DNA of 64,000 bases from NCBI GenBank assembly GCA_016840165.1, contig JAEOSU010000027.1:39549-103548 (forward strand). The letters run 5' to 3'. The first letter of the stretch is position 1. Every line of letters starts with the position of its first letter. Origin of the DNA: Promethearchaeota archaeon (GTDB lineage Archaea > Asgardarchaeota > Lokiarchaeia > Sigyniarchaeales > SOKP01). Below the pieces are notes generated by a model, which saw only the letters and a program-made list of their open reading frames with translations, was not told where the DNA came from and searched no databases. Below, piece after piece: positions 29,759 through 40,506 of the stretch. The translations under genes were made by a program, and so were the position numbers.

Positions 29759-32350
29759 ATGTATGTGTTATTAGAGAATTTAGATAAAAGCGAGATTATA
29801 AATAATAAGCTTTATCTTATACCAAAACCCCGTTATATTCGTAAGAAAGAGTCCCCTTTATTGGAGATCACTGCTAATTTAAAAATTAAAACAGACATTT
29901 CGGTTGATTTACGTTATATAATAGATGAATTTTTGGACGCTTTAAACGTTTCAAATGGAAAGAGGGAAATAGATTTAAAATTTGACACTAATGATGAGGT
30001 AATAAACCTTAAATCTATTTTAACGTTGATTGAAAGCAGCTTTCCAAAAATGGATTTTGGTAGCATCAGAAAAGAAAAAAAGTGGAAGGAGCAAGGTTAT
30101 CTTGTAAATTGTGTTGAGAATTCCTTGGTGGTGTATTCAGAAAGTGTTCAAGGATTATACTATGGTCTTCAAACAGTAATACAAATAGGAAATTCAAATA
30201 GTATTAAATTGTCTTTTGCACCAGTAACCATAATTGATTATCCAGACCTATTAATAAGAGGCGTTTCAGATGATATATCGAGGGGGCAAGCTCCAAAAAT
30301 TTCTAATTTAAAAAAATTCCTCAAAGATTTAAGTCATTTCAAGATCAATCATTATTATTTGGTCTATATGCATGATATGTATCAGTTTCAGAATTATCCC
30401 GAAATAGGTAAGAATCGTGGAGCGTATTCCAAAGAACAAATGATTGAATTATTCAATTTTGCAAAAATGCATTTCATTGAATTAATCCCTATTTTCCAAA
30501 CAACAGGACATTGGGATAATATTCTGCATAATCAAGAATTTTGGCAATATGGAGAATTTCCCGGCTCTAATAGTCTAAATATAGCCAATAAAGAAATTTA
30601 TGACCTATTAGATTTGATGATTGGTGAATTGAGAGAGAGTTTTAAGTCAAATTATTTTCATATCGCATCTGATGAAAGTTGGGACGTAGGAAAACTAGCT
30701 TCAAAAGAATATATCGAAAATCTTGGTATTGGGAAAGCATATCTCGAACATTACATAAAGATCTATAATATTGCTAAAAAACATGGCTATGAAAAAATTA
30801 TAATCTATCATGATATTCTGAGCAAATATGATGAAATACTTGAAAATTTGCCGAAAGACATGATAATAATGTACTGGAAATATAATTCCAAGAGAACTCA
30901 TCCGATAGTAGATAAAATCAGGAATTATAATCTAGATATTATTGTCAGCCCGAGTGTAATGGATTTCAATAGGATATTTCCTTCTCTTACTAAAGCGGAA
31001 AATAACATAATAAACTTAACGCAATATGGTTTTCAAAAGGGTGCAATTGGAGAGATTACCTCAAGTTGGGGTGATTATAATAACAAGGAGATTAGGGAAA
31101 ATCGATATTATGGTTTTATTTTTTCCAGCGAGATGGGATGGAACGCTTCAAAGAACATTGATATAATGAATTTTTGGGCATCACTTTTTATTCAATTCTT
31201 TGATATACAAGAAATGAAATACTTAAAGATCTTTTCGATTTTAAAATCAATTCAAAACAAAAAAAGATTACATATAAGAGATAATGCTTATTATAATCAT
31301 TTTTTTAGTCATCCATACAATAAAAAAAGCTCTTCTTATCGAAAAAATATTAAAATTAAGAATTTTGACAAAGTCGTTGCTGATCTTGACTTGATTATTA
31401 CACTTTGTAGTGAACTAGCACAGATGGATATAAAGCATAGAGAACAGATCCGAAATTTGGCATTTGTTGCTAAACATATGAAGTTCTTTTGCATGAAAAG
31501 GACAAATTCAAAGAAAATGGTTTCCTTTCTTCCTGAGAAAGGCAATCTCAAGTTTGCAAATATATATCGTGACGAAATAACATCAATACAAGACAATCTA
31601 AATGAACTGATAAAAGATCATGAAATTTTATGGAATGAGTGCGCGAAAAAGTATGGATTTAACTCTGTTAAGCAGAAATACTTATGGTTAAATAAGTTTT
31701 ATGAGAAGATGTTGTCAAAAATCGAAAATAAAGAGCCATGGGAAAGTCCCAATATCCCAAGTGAAACAATATATCTAGATGCTAAAAAAAGGAATAATAT
31801 ATACACTACTTACTATAGAAAAGATCTCTCGATAGATGGAGAAATAATAACTGCGTCAATCCAATTAATGGCAGGAAGCTTTACTAAAGTTAAAATTAAC
31901 AATGTTTATGTTGGTTATGTTATAACAAGAAATTCACTCAATTATATTATGAACGAAAATAATCTCAAGATTTTCGATATTACCTCCTATCTTTTTTCCG
32001 GAAAAAATACAATTCTTATTGAAAACAGCGATTTTGAGGGAGGTCTTTGCCCGATCAATATTTATGGCGAGATTAATTTGAAAACAGGGAAGAAAATATT
32101 CATTACTTCCAATAAGTCTTGGAAGGGATCCCACAGATTAAATTCAGATTGGAAAAAAGTAAAAAGTTTAGGAGCACCTCCTCGGTATATTGGTGGTCTT
32201 TGTTATCCAGATTTTAAAAATAAAATTATCTCCTCTAGATCTGACTATATTGCCCAATTTAACTTTCTAGTAGGTCGATTTTCAAGAAAATTTTATAGAT
32301 TATTGAAAGTTGCTTTTAAATTATTCCATAGATATGATTTAATTGAATAA
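29759..32350 (+). CDS. GH20 family beta-N-acetylhexosaminidase-like glycosidase with C-terminal beta-sandwich
   Basis: EQGY...[30 protein letters not shown] catalytic pair, WGD; C-terminal YRK...FDITSYL.GKN domain. Confidence 0.88.
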   Translation: MYVLLENLDKSEIINNKLYLIPKPRYIRKKESPLLEITANLKIKTDISVDLRYIIDEFLDALNVSNGKREIDLKFDTNDEVINLKSILTLIESSFPKMDFGSIRKEKKWKEQGYLVNCVENSLVVYSESVQGLYYGLQTVIQIGNSNSIKLSFAPVTIIDYPDLLIRGVSDDISRGQAPKISNLKKFLKDLSHFKINHYYLVYMHDMYQFQNYPEIGKNRGAYSKEQMIELFNFAKMHFIELIPIFQTTGHWDNILHNQEFWQYGEFPGSNSLNIANKEIYDLLDLMIGELRESFKSNYFHIASDESWDVGKLASKEYIENLGIGKAYLEHYIKIYNIAKKHGYEKIIIYHDILSKYDEILENLPKDMIIMYWKYNSKRTHPIVDKIRNYNLDIIVSPSVMDFNRIFPSLTKAENNIINLTQYGFQKGAIGEITSSWGDYNNKEIRENRYYGFIFSSEMGWNASKNIDIMNFWASLFIQFFDIQEMKYLKIFSILKSIQNKKRLHIRDNAYYNHFFSHPYNKKSSSYRKNIKIKNFDKVVADLDLIITLCSELAQMDIKHREQIRNLAFVAKHMKFFCMKRTNSKKMVSFLPEKGNLKFANIYRDEITSIQDNLNELIKDHEILWNECAKKYGFNSVKQKYLWLNKFYEKMLSKIENKEPWESPNIPSETIYLDAKKRNNIYTTYYRKDLSIDGEIITASIQLMAGSFTKVKINNVYVGYVITRNSLNYIMNENNLKIFDITSYLFSGKNTILIENSDFEGGLCPINIYGEINLKTGKKIFITSNKSWKGSHRLNSDWKKVKSLGAPPRYIGGLCYPDFKNKIISSRSDYIAQFNFLVGRFSRKFYRLLKVAFKLFHRYDLIE

Positions 32351-32371
32351 AAAAATAATAAATAAACATAA

Positions 32372-33331
32372 TTAGAAATTAGAATAAATCATAAATTTAT
32401 TGGCCGAACCTAAACTATAGATTTCAAATTTCGAACCTTTTTTAGTTTCACAAAACATTTGAATTAGTGGGAATAGATAAATTTGAGTTGTAATCTGAGT
32501 ATCTTTATCTTTATCATAGTTTTTATAATCACTTCTAGATGAGTTGACAGTTTTTTTAATATTTTTATTCATATAACCCAAAGAAGCTTCAACTTTCGAT
32601 TCTAAATCTTTAAAATCAGTAAATTTTATACCCTCTACTTCATCTAATACTTGCTGTAGATCATTACCTATTTCTTTTTCATACTTTGTCGTGGCACTAC
32701 TATGTAAAACAGGGACACCAGTAACAATCGTTTGAAAAGGAACAGGCAAAATCTCATACTTATACAAGTTTTTATGACCTTCACATTCTTTGCATAATTC
32801 AGTTCTATTTCCAGAACCATGGCACGCTCCACATGGATAAGAAAATGATTTCTTTTCTTTTTTGAGTTCCTCTCCAACTAAAACAGTTATAGTTTCCTCT
32901 ATCTTTCCCGTTCCACCACAAGTTTTGCATTTATTCTCAATATAACCTTTCCCTTTGCATGATTTACACGGAACAGCTTGAATCGACTCATACATTGGTA
33001 CTAAGTCCTTTTCTTTCCAATTTTCTTTATTAACTTTCCCGCTTCCTTTAAAACTGTAAAATTGTTCTCTTCCGACTCTCGGAGCAGTCACTAAATTCTC
33101 GTCTTTACCTTTTGGTGCTGGACCTAAGGTTTTTTTAACAGCAAAATAAATTGCAGCCTCTTTTAGCGTGTCTTTTACATATTCCGCGGCACTTATAGCA
33201 TCTAATGAAAAAATAGCTCCCTTGGTTCCAAATTGTTTTTCCATCTTTTTATGATCAGTTCTGCTCGCTTTTTGCTTCCATTTTTCAAAAATATCATCTA
33301 AATTTGGAGTTTTTATTCTTACATCAGGCAT
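32372..33331 (-). CDS. DnaJ-type zinc-finger repeat protein without J domain (SSUH2-like architecture)
   Basis: CKSCKGKG, CKTCGGTG, CGACHGSG, CKECEG; no HPD motif. Confidence 0.8.
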   Translation of the reverse strand: MPDVRIKTPNLDDIFEKWKQKASRTDHKKMEKQFGTKGAIFSLDAISAAEYVKDTLKEAAIYFAVKKTLGPAPKGKDENLVTAPRVGREQFYSFKGSGKVNKENWKEKDLVPMYESIQAVPCKSCKGKGYIENKCKTCGGTGKIEETITVLVGEELKKEKKSFSYPCGACHGSGNRTELCKECEGHKNLYKYEILPVPFQTIVTGVPVLHSSATTKYEKEIGNDLQQVLDEVEGIKFTDFKDLESKVEASLGYMNKNIKKTVNSSRSDYKNYDKDKDTQITTQIYLFPLIQMFCETKKGSKFEIYSLGSANKFMIYSNF

Positions 33332-33509
33332 CGAATTTCACATCTAAATATTATTATTTTTATAATTATAAAATTATACAATCGATGACACTAAATAAAT
33401 CCTCTCTTTAGAAAAGATTAAAACTAGAAATTATTAAAATAGTGTAATTTCTAATAATATATAGAGTTTAGATTATACACTTATTGAATAAAAAACTCTA
33501 ATGATTAAT

Positions 33510-33677
33510 ATGTCAGCGGAAGAACGTCAAGCAGTTGAGTATTTTCTTCAGTGGATGATTCCCAATGGTGGAGGTCTCGCGCAGTGGATTGAGCACTTTT
33601 TAAATCAAGGTGATGAGGCTAAACTAAAGCAAATTAAGGAGATTTACGATAAGATTAAGCAAATTTTTGGCTTTTAA
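33510..33677 (+). CDS. Small protein (55 aa), not in the ORF track
   Basis: MSAEERQAVEYFLQWMIPNGGGLAQWIEHFLNQGDEAKLKQIKEIYDKIKQIFGF*; GC higher than flanks; T-tract follows; alternative in-frame ATG at 33501. Confidence 0.72.
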   Translation: MSAEERQAVEYFLQWMIPNGGGLAQWIEHFLNQGDEAKLKQIKEIYDKIKQIFGF

Positions 33678-33810
33678 TTTTAAGTCCTTTTTTTATTCGT
33701 AACTTAAATATTAAGGTATAATGAATTATTTGCTCGGGAAAAGTAAAAAAATTGATTTACAATATTTAATTAATTTATTTATTCAATTAGATTTAATTGC
33801 GTAATTAATT

Positions 33811-36492
33811 TTGAGTATCCCCTCGAAAAAGTTTTTCATCGTCTTAGATAGGAATCTAAAGAAAGCAGAGGATGAGCATTATAAGGTCAATTTTTTCTAT
33901 ATTAAATCTGCTAAGCATAACCTGTCCAAATTTTCGTATGTTAGCCAACCTTTTTTTCAAGGATATGTAGTGATAGGTTTAGATATGAAAAATAAATTAC
34001 GTCCTTTAACTTTCTATAAAATTAATAAAGATGGCAGCCAAGATCCAATCAATCCTCGATTATTTAAAAGTTATTTGCTAGCAGAAAATAATAAATTCAT
34101 TGGGTTTTCGAGCCAAGCAAATCAAGAAGAGTATGAGTCTATTAAAAAGATGTTACGTAATTTTCAATTTAATCAAGATAAAATTAAATATCTCACCTTC
34201 TGCAGTAGTTGCTTGGAAAATGGTACTTTCAAAATTCTTCCCAAGGGGCTCCAAATACAAACAATTAATCAACAAATTGTATGTCCTAATTGTGCTTTAG
34301 AATTTGTGGTAAAACAGGCTGAGGTACGAGGTTTAATTCCAAAGGAACGTATGGATCCTAAATTGAAAAATTTTTTTAATCACATGATCTTGAAATTTAA
34401 AGATATTAAAAGAATAATTAGCTTGTTTAAAATAAACTTTAATCCGGTTAATAATAGAGAGGTAACAATTTATGACGTTGAAAAGAATCCTAAAATTCGT
34501 AAAAATTTACTAAACGTGGCAGTAAAAGATATTGAAATTCCACAAGGATTCAAAGATATTCTTTTAAAACTAAATATTAAAACTTTATTGCCTATCCAAG
34601 CAATCTCTATTGATGCTGAATTATTAAAAACAAGAGCGAATCAATTAATTATGGCCCCTACCTCCGCAGGGAAAACTTTAGTTGGTGAACTGGCAGGAGT
34701 GAATCAGATTCTCTTGAAAAATGAAAAAATGCTATATTTAGTTCCAATTGTTGCACTTGCGAATGTGAGAACTGAAGAATTTAAAAAAAAATATGCTCCG
34801 TTAAATTTTAAGATTATTAAAAAGATAGGAGAGTCCCTATTAGAACCAAGTGAAGAAAACAATTTGGATGACCTTTTTGACGCTGATATAGTTATCGCAA
34901 CTTATGAAGCAATCGATTATATTCTAAGGAGTGGTTTGAAAGAAAAATTGGGAAGGATTGGAACAATTATAATTGATGAAATCCAAACTTTAATCGATCC
35001 TGAGCGGGGATTTATTCTTGATGCTCTCATATCTCGCCTTAAATGCATTTATCAAGGTGCTCAGTTTCTTTATTTAAGCGCAACAATCGGCGCTCCAGAT
35101 ATATTAGCACAGAAACTTAATTCTCAATTAATTAATTATAAGAATCGCCCAGTTCCCATTGAAAGACATTTAATTATGTGTATTAATGAAGCAATGAAAC
35201 ATAGGATAATAATGAAATTAGTGAGGTATGCATATAATCTGAAATCTGAATATGGCTTCAAAGGCCAATCAATAATATTTACGAATACAAGAAAAAAGTG
35301 CGAATCTTTAGCAAACTATTTAACAAAGAGAGGCATTAGGACAGAACCATATCATTCGGGTCTAACTAATGACGAACGGAAATATATCGAAGAAAAATTT
35401 CAAAATCAAGAAATTTCAGCGGTAGTTGCAACAGCGGCTCTTGCTGCAGGCGTTGATTTTGCAGCGAAGCAAGTAATATTTGAATCTTTAGGGATGGGGA
35501 TAAAAACGTTAACCGTTGCTGAATTTGAACAAATGTTAGGACGAGCAGGGAGATTAAAAAAGCATTCTCTCGGATATGCTTATCTACTTGTGGAACCTGG
35601 TAAAATTTATAATCCTAAGATGAAAACTACCGAAGACAATGTTGCGATTAGTCTGTTAAATGGTAAGATAAAAGATTTTGAACTGGATCCCGATGAAGAA
35701 AAATCATTAACCGAATTATTAGCTATGATTTCTACTTTCCCTAAGGGGATCACTATGAATAAGATAATCCAATTTCAAGATTTTTTAATCAATGGAAATT
35801 TTGAATTAAATAAGTTTTTGAATAAGCTGATTTCATTAAATTTGATTGAATTAGATGAAAAGTCAAGCTATAGCTCAACCAATTTAGGAAGAGCAATCTC
35901 GAAGTCCTTTATAACTATTGCAAAAAGCTTTGATATCATTGAAAAATTAGTAAAAAAAGATGATACTTTGTTAAATATTATATTAGAATTAAAACCCCTT
36001 AAGAATGTTTACTTGTCAAAAAGTATTGTTGCGGACTTATCAAAAAATATGAATATGAAATATTTTAGCAATAATTTCTTTAGTGCGAGTGTAGTTTCCC
36101 TTATGAATGCAGAGTATGTGCGAAAAAGAAAAAAATTCTCTCAAGAATTTATCGAATATGTATCGAAATGGACAACTGATATCTTCAATTGCACTTGTAA
36201 AGATAGTCCTTACTGTGATTGTGGTAGAATAAATCTGGAAAAAATATTACTCGCCCTAAGAATTGAAGATAAATTGAGTGTTGAGGAAATTCGAGATTAT
36301 TTTGAGGAACAGTATAAAATTATGATATTTAAAGGTGATATCATTGACTATTTGGAAAATTTGATTTATACCTTTGAAAGCATCTCCCATATTACTAAAG
36401 CTATAGATAAACTAGATATAGAATATAAAAAGGAGTTAGAGCAAATTCCAAATACTATCCTTGCTATTAAAAATATTGATATTATACAATAG
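33811..36492 (+). CDS. Archaea-specific Ski2-like SF2 helicase (ASH / DUF5814 type)
   Basis: LLPIQ, APTSAGKT, DEIQ, LSAT, YHSGL, QMLGRAGR, C-terminal CTCKDSPYCDC. Confidence 0.9.
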   Translation: MSIPSKKFFIVLDRNLKKAEDEHYKVNFFYIKSAKHNLSKFSYVSQPFFQGYVVIGLDMKNKLRPLTFYKINKDGSQDPINPRLFKSYLLAENNKFIGFSSQANQEEYESIKKMLRNFQFNQDKIKYLTFCSSCLENGTFKILPKGLQIQTINQQIVCPNCALEFVVKQAEVRGLIPKERMDPKLKNFFNHMILKFKDIKRIISLFKINFNPVNNREVTIYDVEKNPKIRKNLLNVAVKDIEIPQGFKDILLKLNIKTLLPIQAISIDAELLKTRANQLIMAPTSAGKTLVGELAGVNQILLKNEKMLYLVPIVALANVRTEEFKKKYAPLNFKIIKKIGESLLEPSEENNLDDLFDADIVIATYEAIDYILRSGLKEKLGRIGTIIIDEIQTLIDPERGFILDALISRLKCIYQGAQFLYLSATIGAPDILAQKLNSQLINYKNRPVPIERHLIMCINEAMKHRIIMKLVRYAYNLKSEYGFKGQSIIFTNTRKKCESLANYLTKRGIRTEPYHSGLTNDERKYIEEKFQNQEISAVVATAALAAGVDFAAKQVIFESLGMGIKTLTVAEFEQMLGRAGRLKKHSLGYAYLLVEPGKIYNPKMKTTEDNVAISLLNGKIKDFELDPDEEKSLTELLAMISTFPKGITMNKIIQFQDFLINGNFELNKFLNKLISLNLIELDEKSSYSSTNLGRAISKSFITIAKSFDIIEKLVKKDDTLLNIILELKPLKNVYLSKSIVADLSKNMNMKYFSNNFFSASVVSLMNAEYVRKRKKFSQEFIEYVSKWTTDIFNCTCKDSPYCDCGRINLEKILLALRIEDKLSVEEIRDYFEEQYKIMIFKGDIIDYLENLIYTFESISHITKAIDKLDIEYKKELEQIPNTILAIKNIDIIQ

Positions 36493-36504
36493 GTAAAGCA
36501 TAAA

Positions 36505-37698
36505 TTAAATTATATGAATTTCAATAATATCATTATCTTTTAAGGGATAATCCAAACCTACGCGTTTTTTCTTTTGTTTTACTCCCTTTCGTATAACTAT
36601 TGCATAATCAAATAAATCATAAAAACTTCGATGTATTTTTAAAGCAACGTCTTTAACTAGGGATCCTTTGTTCATAATTAAGGGTTTTTCTGCTATTTCA
36701 CTTGCGTGCATGGTATATATTTTTATCTTTTCCAATATCTCAAGTATGAGATCACCAAAGTCGTCTGGGAACTCCTTTTTCTTAACGCTAGTTCCGATTA
36801 TAATCTTAAATTCGTTTGAATATTGCTCTTTTAAGTCATCAAAATGATCTTCAGTATCAGGAAGATCACCTTTAGTCCCGAATATTATTGCTTTTTTATA
36901 TACAACTGATGGATCTAAAGCATCTACCACATCATTAATCCTTACTTTTCCAAATAACTTTACAACGGCATTTCGAATACCATTCTCGAAGATAACTTTC
37001 TTTATATTTTCTGTTAATTCATCAATATTAGCAATTTTTTTCGCCTCCCGAGTTAAATAAAACACTTGAATTTTATTGGAACCAGTTTTATCAATTGTTA
37101 TTGGAGGAGGATCAACATTGAGCCGAATACTAGCACTCGATAACTCATTTAAGATTAAATCCATTTGTTTTTCATAATCACGGGATAAATCAACACATAT
37201 ACAGATTAAATCACAGGATCGTAATTGTGAAAGTATTTCCTTTCCATTGCCTACCCCAATAGATGCTCCTTCCATTAAGGATGGCATGTCTACGATCTGG
37301 AATCTAATCTTATTATATTCATAAATTCCAATTTCTGGAATGGCTGTAAATTTTCCTATTTTTTCTTTAGCAGCATGAGTTAGATGATTGAGGAGTGAGG
37401 TTTTACCGACTCCAGGTACATAGTAATCACTAATTAGGATTAGTTGAATCCCCTCTTTTTTGATAGAGAAAGGACTTATCAATTTTGAGATACTTTTCGA
37501 ACGGACCCTCCTCTCTTCTTGTTGCTTTCTAAGTTTAGCTAAACGAGATTTATTTAATGCTACAATATTTTCTGTAGCCTTATGTTTTGGAACTAATGAG
37601 AGAAACTCTTCAAGGCGCTTAATTTTTTCATCAATAGTGCTAGCATCTAAATATTTCTGGTATGCTGCTTGCGCTTCAGGGCCAATATTACTTGACAA
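36505..37698 (-). CDS. DRG/OBG-family GTP-binding protein with TGS domain (divergent G motifs)
   Basis: PKHKATE, GVGKTS, IQIVDMP, TKGD, TGS (VALKIH...VGLDYPLKDNDIIEI). Confidence 0.9.
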   Translation of the reverse strand: MSSNIGPEAQAAYQKYLDASTIDEKIKRLEEFLSLVPKHKATENIVALNKSRLAKLRKQQEERRVRSKSISKLISPFSIKKEGIQLILISDYYVPGVGKTSLLNHLTHAAKEKIGKFTAIPEIGIYEYNKIRFQIVDMPSLMEGASIGVGNGKEILSQLRSCDLICICVDLSRDYEKQMDLILNELSSASIRLNVDPPPITIDKTGSNKIQVFYLTREAKKIANIDELTENIKKVIFENGIRNAVVKLFGKVRINDVVDALDPSVVYKKAIIFGTKGDLPDTEDHFDDLKEQYSNEFKIIIGTSVKKKEFPDDFGDLILEILEKIKIYTMHASEIAEKPLIMNKGSLVKDVALKIHRSFYDLFDYAIVIRKGVKQKKKRVGLDYPLKDNDIIEIHII

Positions 37699-37721
37699 AA
37701 ATTATCTACCTTTTATTTCTC

Positions 37722-38180
37722 TTATAATATAGATCGAAAGCGATCTTCTGTTTTTAGTTTTAAATCTCCAATTATTTCATCAATTCTAGTTTCAAAGCCC
37801 TTAAAAAATTTAGATTTTTTGGAAAAAATATCATTAAGCGAATACCTATTGAGAAAATGGTTATTGATTTCCTTTAAATGTTTCTTAACAATCTCTGCTT
37901 CAGTTTCTTTTTCAATAATAGCATAGGAGAGTAAAGGTTGTTTATTCGAAAGTTTTTCAGAAGGTAAAGATATGACATCACAATAACATACTAATTTAAA
38001 TGATGCGAGTGAAACAACATTTATATTATCTCCAAAAACTTCTGAGGTAAAACTCTCAAGAGCAGAGAGAAAACCAGCTCTTAGTTCTGGATCTAATCCC
38101 ACTCTTGTATCAGAAGAATAATATTTCTGGTTTATTAGATTTTTGGTTCCTAGATTTATTCCAAGTTCTAAAATTGCCAT
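37722..38180 (-). CDS. Longin-like domain protein (Asgard type)
   Basis: beta-beta-alpha-beta-beta-beta-alpha pattern with LRAGFLSALESFTSE helix and C-terminal FLNRY...FETRIDEI, typical of Asgard longins. Confidence 0.72.
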   Translation of the reverse strand: MAILELGINLGTKNLINQKYYSSDTRVGLDPELRAGFLSALESFTSEVFGDNINVVSLASFKLVCYCDVISLPSEKLSNKQPLLSYAIIEKETEAEIVKKHLKEINNHFLNRYSLNDIFSKKSKFFKGFETRIDEIIGDLKLKTEDRFRSIL

Positions 38181-38297
38181 GTATTAATCGTTATTTTGCT
38201 TAAATTTTAAGATTAGTATAACAATGTTTAATATTTATTTCGTGAAAGTTTATATTAAAATTTAGCTTATTTCTTCAATTCGAGTATACTGAGAGAA

Positions 38298-39164
38298 TTA
38301 ACTCAATTTCAATTGTTTTTTAAATACATGAAAAGTGTTATGACACAGAAATGAAACAGTCAAGGGTCCAATTCCACCTGGAGAGGGTGTTATTTTGGAG
38401 CATTTTTCTATCACTCCATTAAAATCAACATCGCCGCATAATTTTCCATCAACTTTATTGGTCCCAACATCGATAATAATTGCTCCTTTTTTTATTTTAT
38501 CTTTAGTAATGAACTTTGGTTGTCCTACTGCTACAACTAAAATGTCTGCCCGCTTTATATGATTTACAATGTTTATTGTAGAGGTGTGACATACTGTGAT
38601 CGTAGCATTTCTTTTTAGAAACATAAAGATCAAGGGTTTACCGACAAGATTTGATCGATTAATTATAATTACTTCCTTACCCTGTAAATCAATATTATAA
38701 TATTCAAGCAATGAAATTATACCTTTTGGTGTGGCTGGAGCAAATTCTTCATCATAATTGAATAATTTTCCTTGATTATATGGATGTAATCCATCAACAT
38801 CTTTTATAGGAGAGATTCGATCCACAAATTGCATTGAATTATCACGAAGATGATTTGGAATGGGTAATTGTAAGATTATTCCATTTATAGTTTCATTATT
38901 GTTTAATTTGTCTATTTCATTAAACAATTTTTCTCGTGTAACATTTTCATCCAAAGTTATTAAGGTAAAATCTATACCAATTTGCTCACATGTTTTGCGT
39001 TTGATATTTACATAAATCTTTGATGCTGGGTTATCACCAACAAGTATAGCAGCCAATCTTGGTTTAATTCCTGTATGTTGGTAAGCGATACTAATATCTT
39101 CCTTTAATTTAGCATTTAATTTGTCAGCTAAACTTTTTCCGTTTAATAGTTTTTCCTCAGTCAT
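38298..39164 (-). CDS. folD: Methylenetetrahydrofolate dehydrogenase/cyclohydrolase
   Basis: YVNIK, GIILQLP, KDVDG, PATPKG, RSNLVGKP, DVG, GDVD, PGGIGP. Confidence 0.97.
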   Translation of the reverse strand: MTEEKLLNGKSLADKLNAKLKEDISIAYQHTGIKPRLAAILVGDNPASKIYVNIKRKTCEQIGIDFTLITLDENVTREKLFNEIDKLNNNETINGIILQLPIPNHLRDNSMQFVDRISPIKDVDGLHPYNQGKLFNYDEEFAPATPKGIISLLEYYNIDLQGKEVIIINRSNLVGKPLIFMFLKRNATITVCHTSTINIVNHIKRADILVVAVGQPKFITKDKIKKGAIIIDVGTNKVDGKLCGDVDFNGVIEKCSKITPSPGGIGPLTVSFLCHNTFHVFKKQLKLS

Positions 39165-39263
39165 CGTATTTTAAGAAATGAAAATTTAAAATATATTTTA
39201 ATTAGTAATTTTTCTTTAAAATTAAATTACTATTATTAGATATTTATTAATTTTAAAAAAAGA

Positions 39264-40364
39264 TTAGATCCTTCTTTTACGCCATACTAAGTAAATTAGT
39301 ACGATGACGACTGCAATGATCGCCAATAGGATAAACAATATGATAAGATTAAATTCTACCATAAAAATATCTTCATTTAATAATCCTAAACTGTTAAAAT
39401 CCATAAGAAGCTTAAATGCATAATATGATGCTGATATCGAGGATAATCCTTGAACAGTTCCCCCAAAAAGATTACTGAAACCACCATCTTCGAAATTTTG
39501 ATGATTTAAAACCCATACTAAAGTTGCGGCTTCATTTAATTGAGTGCTGTCTAATAGTTTAATTGCACCTACACAATAAAAGGTACTACTAAAGAGAGTT
39601 GATTCTGAGAGAAGCCCAGCTTTATATCCCCCATAATTAGCATAATTATCACTATCACTATTATAAAAGGATTTAAAGTAATTTAATGTTGCCGTTCTGT
39701 TTTCTAAATCATTTAAATCACCTATCTGGTCAATCAAATAAACGGCTAGGAACGTTGTTAGTTGAGATGAATCTAGAGTACTATTTCCTCCATAACCTCC
39801 ATCAGAATTATTGCAAGATAATATCCAATTTTTAATTGAAGTAAAATTAAGTTCTTCGTTCAAATATGTTTTAATTTCATAGACAAAATACGTAGAGGTC
39901 ATATCTGCTGAAGAGGTAGAATTATCAGAAGCATAACCCCCCTCGCTTTGCTCAGTTTGATTTAGATATTCCGAGATCTTAGTTTCTAAACTTGTATCCA
40001 TTGTAGCGTCCAAAATGTCCAAAGATTTCACAAGATAATAGAGATCATATAATTTTATAACACCCTCAGTGAACATATTCTCGATCGCAGTTTCTAAATT
40101 TTCTTGAAATAGGGAGATATCTACTTTAGTTTCCGGACCAATTTGATAGATATCGTAATAGTCAATGATCTCTAACGAATAGGCAGTATCTTGATAGGAA
40201 GATCCAAATCTTTCATTTTCTACTTGATTTTCAAAAAGGAAGTCAACTAAATAAGATTGTCTTGTTTTTGCTAATGCAATTGGGGTTATCAATATGAAAA
40301 TGATTGCAGTAGTAATTATGAAAGCAGTGATTCGAGTTTTTGATTTCAATCTAAAAAACCTCAA
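39264..40364 (-). CDS. Secreted, membrane-anchored prenyltransferase/squalene-cyclase repeat protein
   Basis: Signal peptide, QSEGGY/NSDGGY/QNFEDGGF repeats, C-terminal TM plus RKRR. Confidence 0.82.
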   Translation of the reverse strand: MRFFRLKSKTRITAFIITTAIIFILITPIALAKTRQSYLVDFLFENQVENERFGSSYQDTAYSLEIIDYYDIYQIGPETKVDISLFQENLETAIENMFTEGVIKLYDLYYLVKSLDILDATMDTSLETKISEYLNQTEQSEGGYASDNSTSSADMTSTYFVYEIKTYLNEELNFTSIKNWILSCNNSDGGYGGNSTLDSSQLTTFLAVYLIDQIGDLNDLENRTATLNYFKSFYNSDSDNYANYGGYKAGLLSESTLFSSTFYCVGAIKLLDSTQLNEAATLVWVLNHQNFEDGGFSNLFGGTVQGLSSISASYYAFKLLMDFNSLGLLNEDIFMVEFNLIILFILLAIIAVVIVLIYLVWRKRRI

Positions 40365-40506
40365 GCGAGTTTTAACTAAGTTTTAAGTTTTTAAAATTTA
40401 ACTTGTAATTAAAAATTAACGATAAATATAGAGAATAATCGAAATTTCACAATTAAAGATGAATTGCTGCAATTCATTTTTTATATAAGTAAAGATAGAA
40501 AAATAC

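Noticed and set aside
39264-40364. Prenyltransferase-repeat protein as a Rab geranylgeranyl-transferase working with the Rab-like GTPase and GGPP synthase
   Set aside because: It has a signal peptide and C-terminal anchor (extracellular), and the GTPase has no C-terminal Cys
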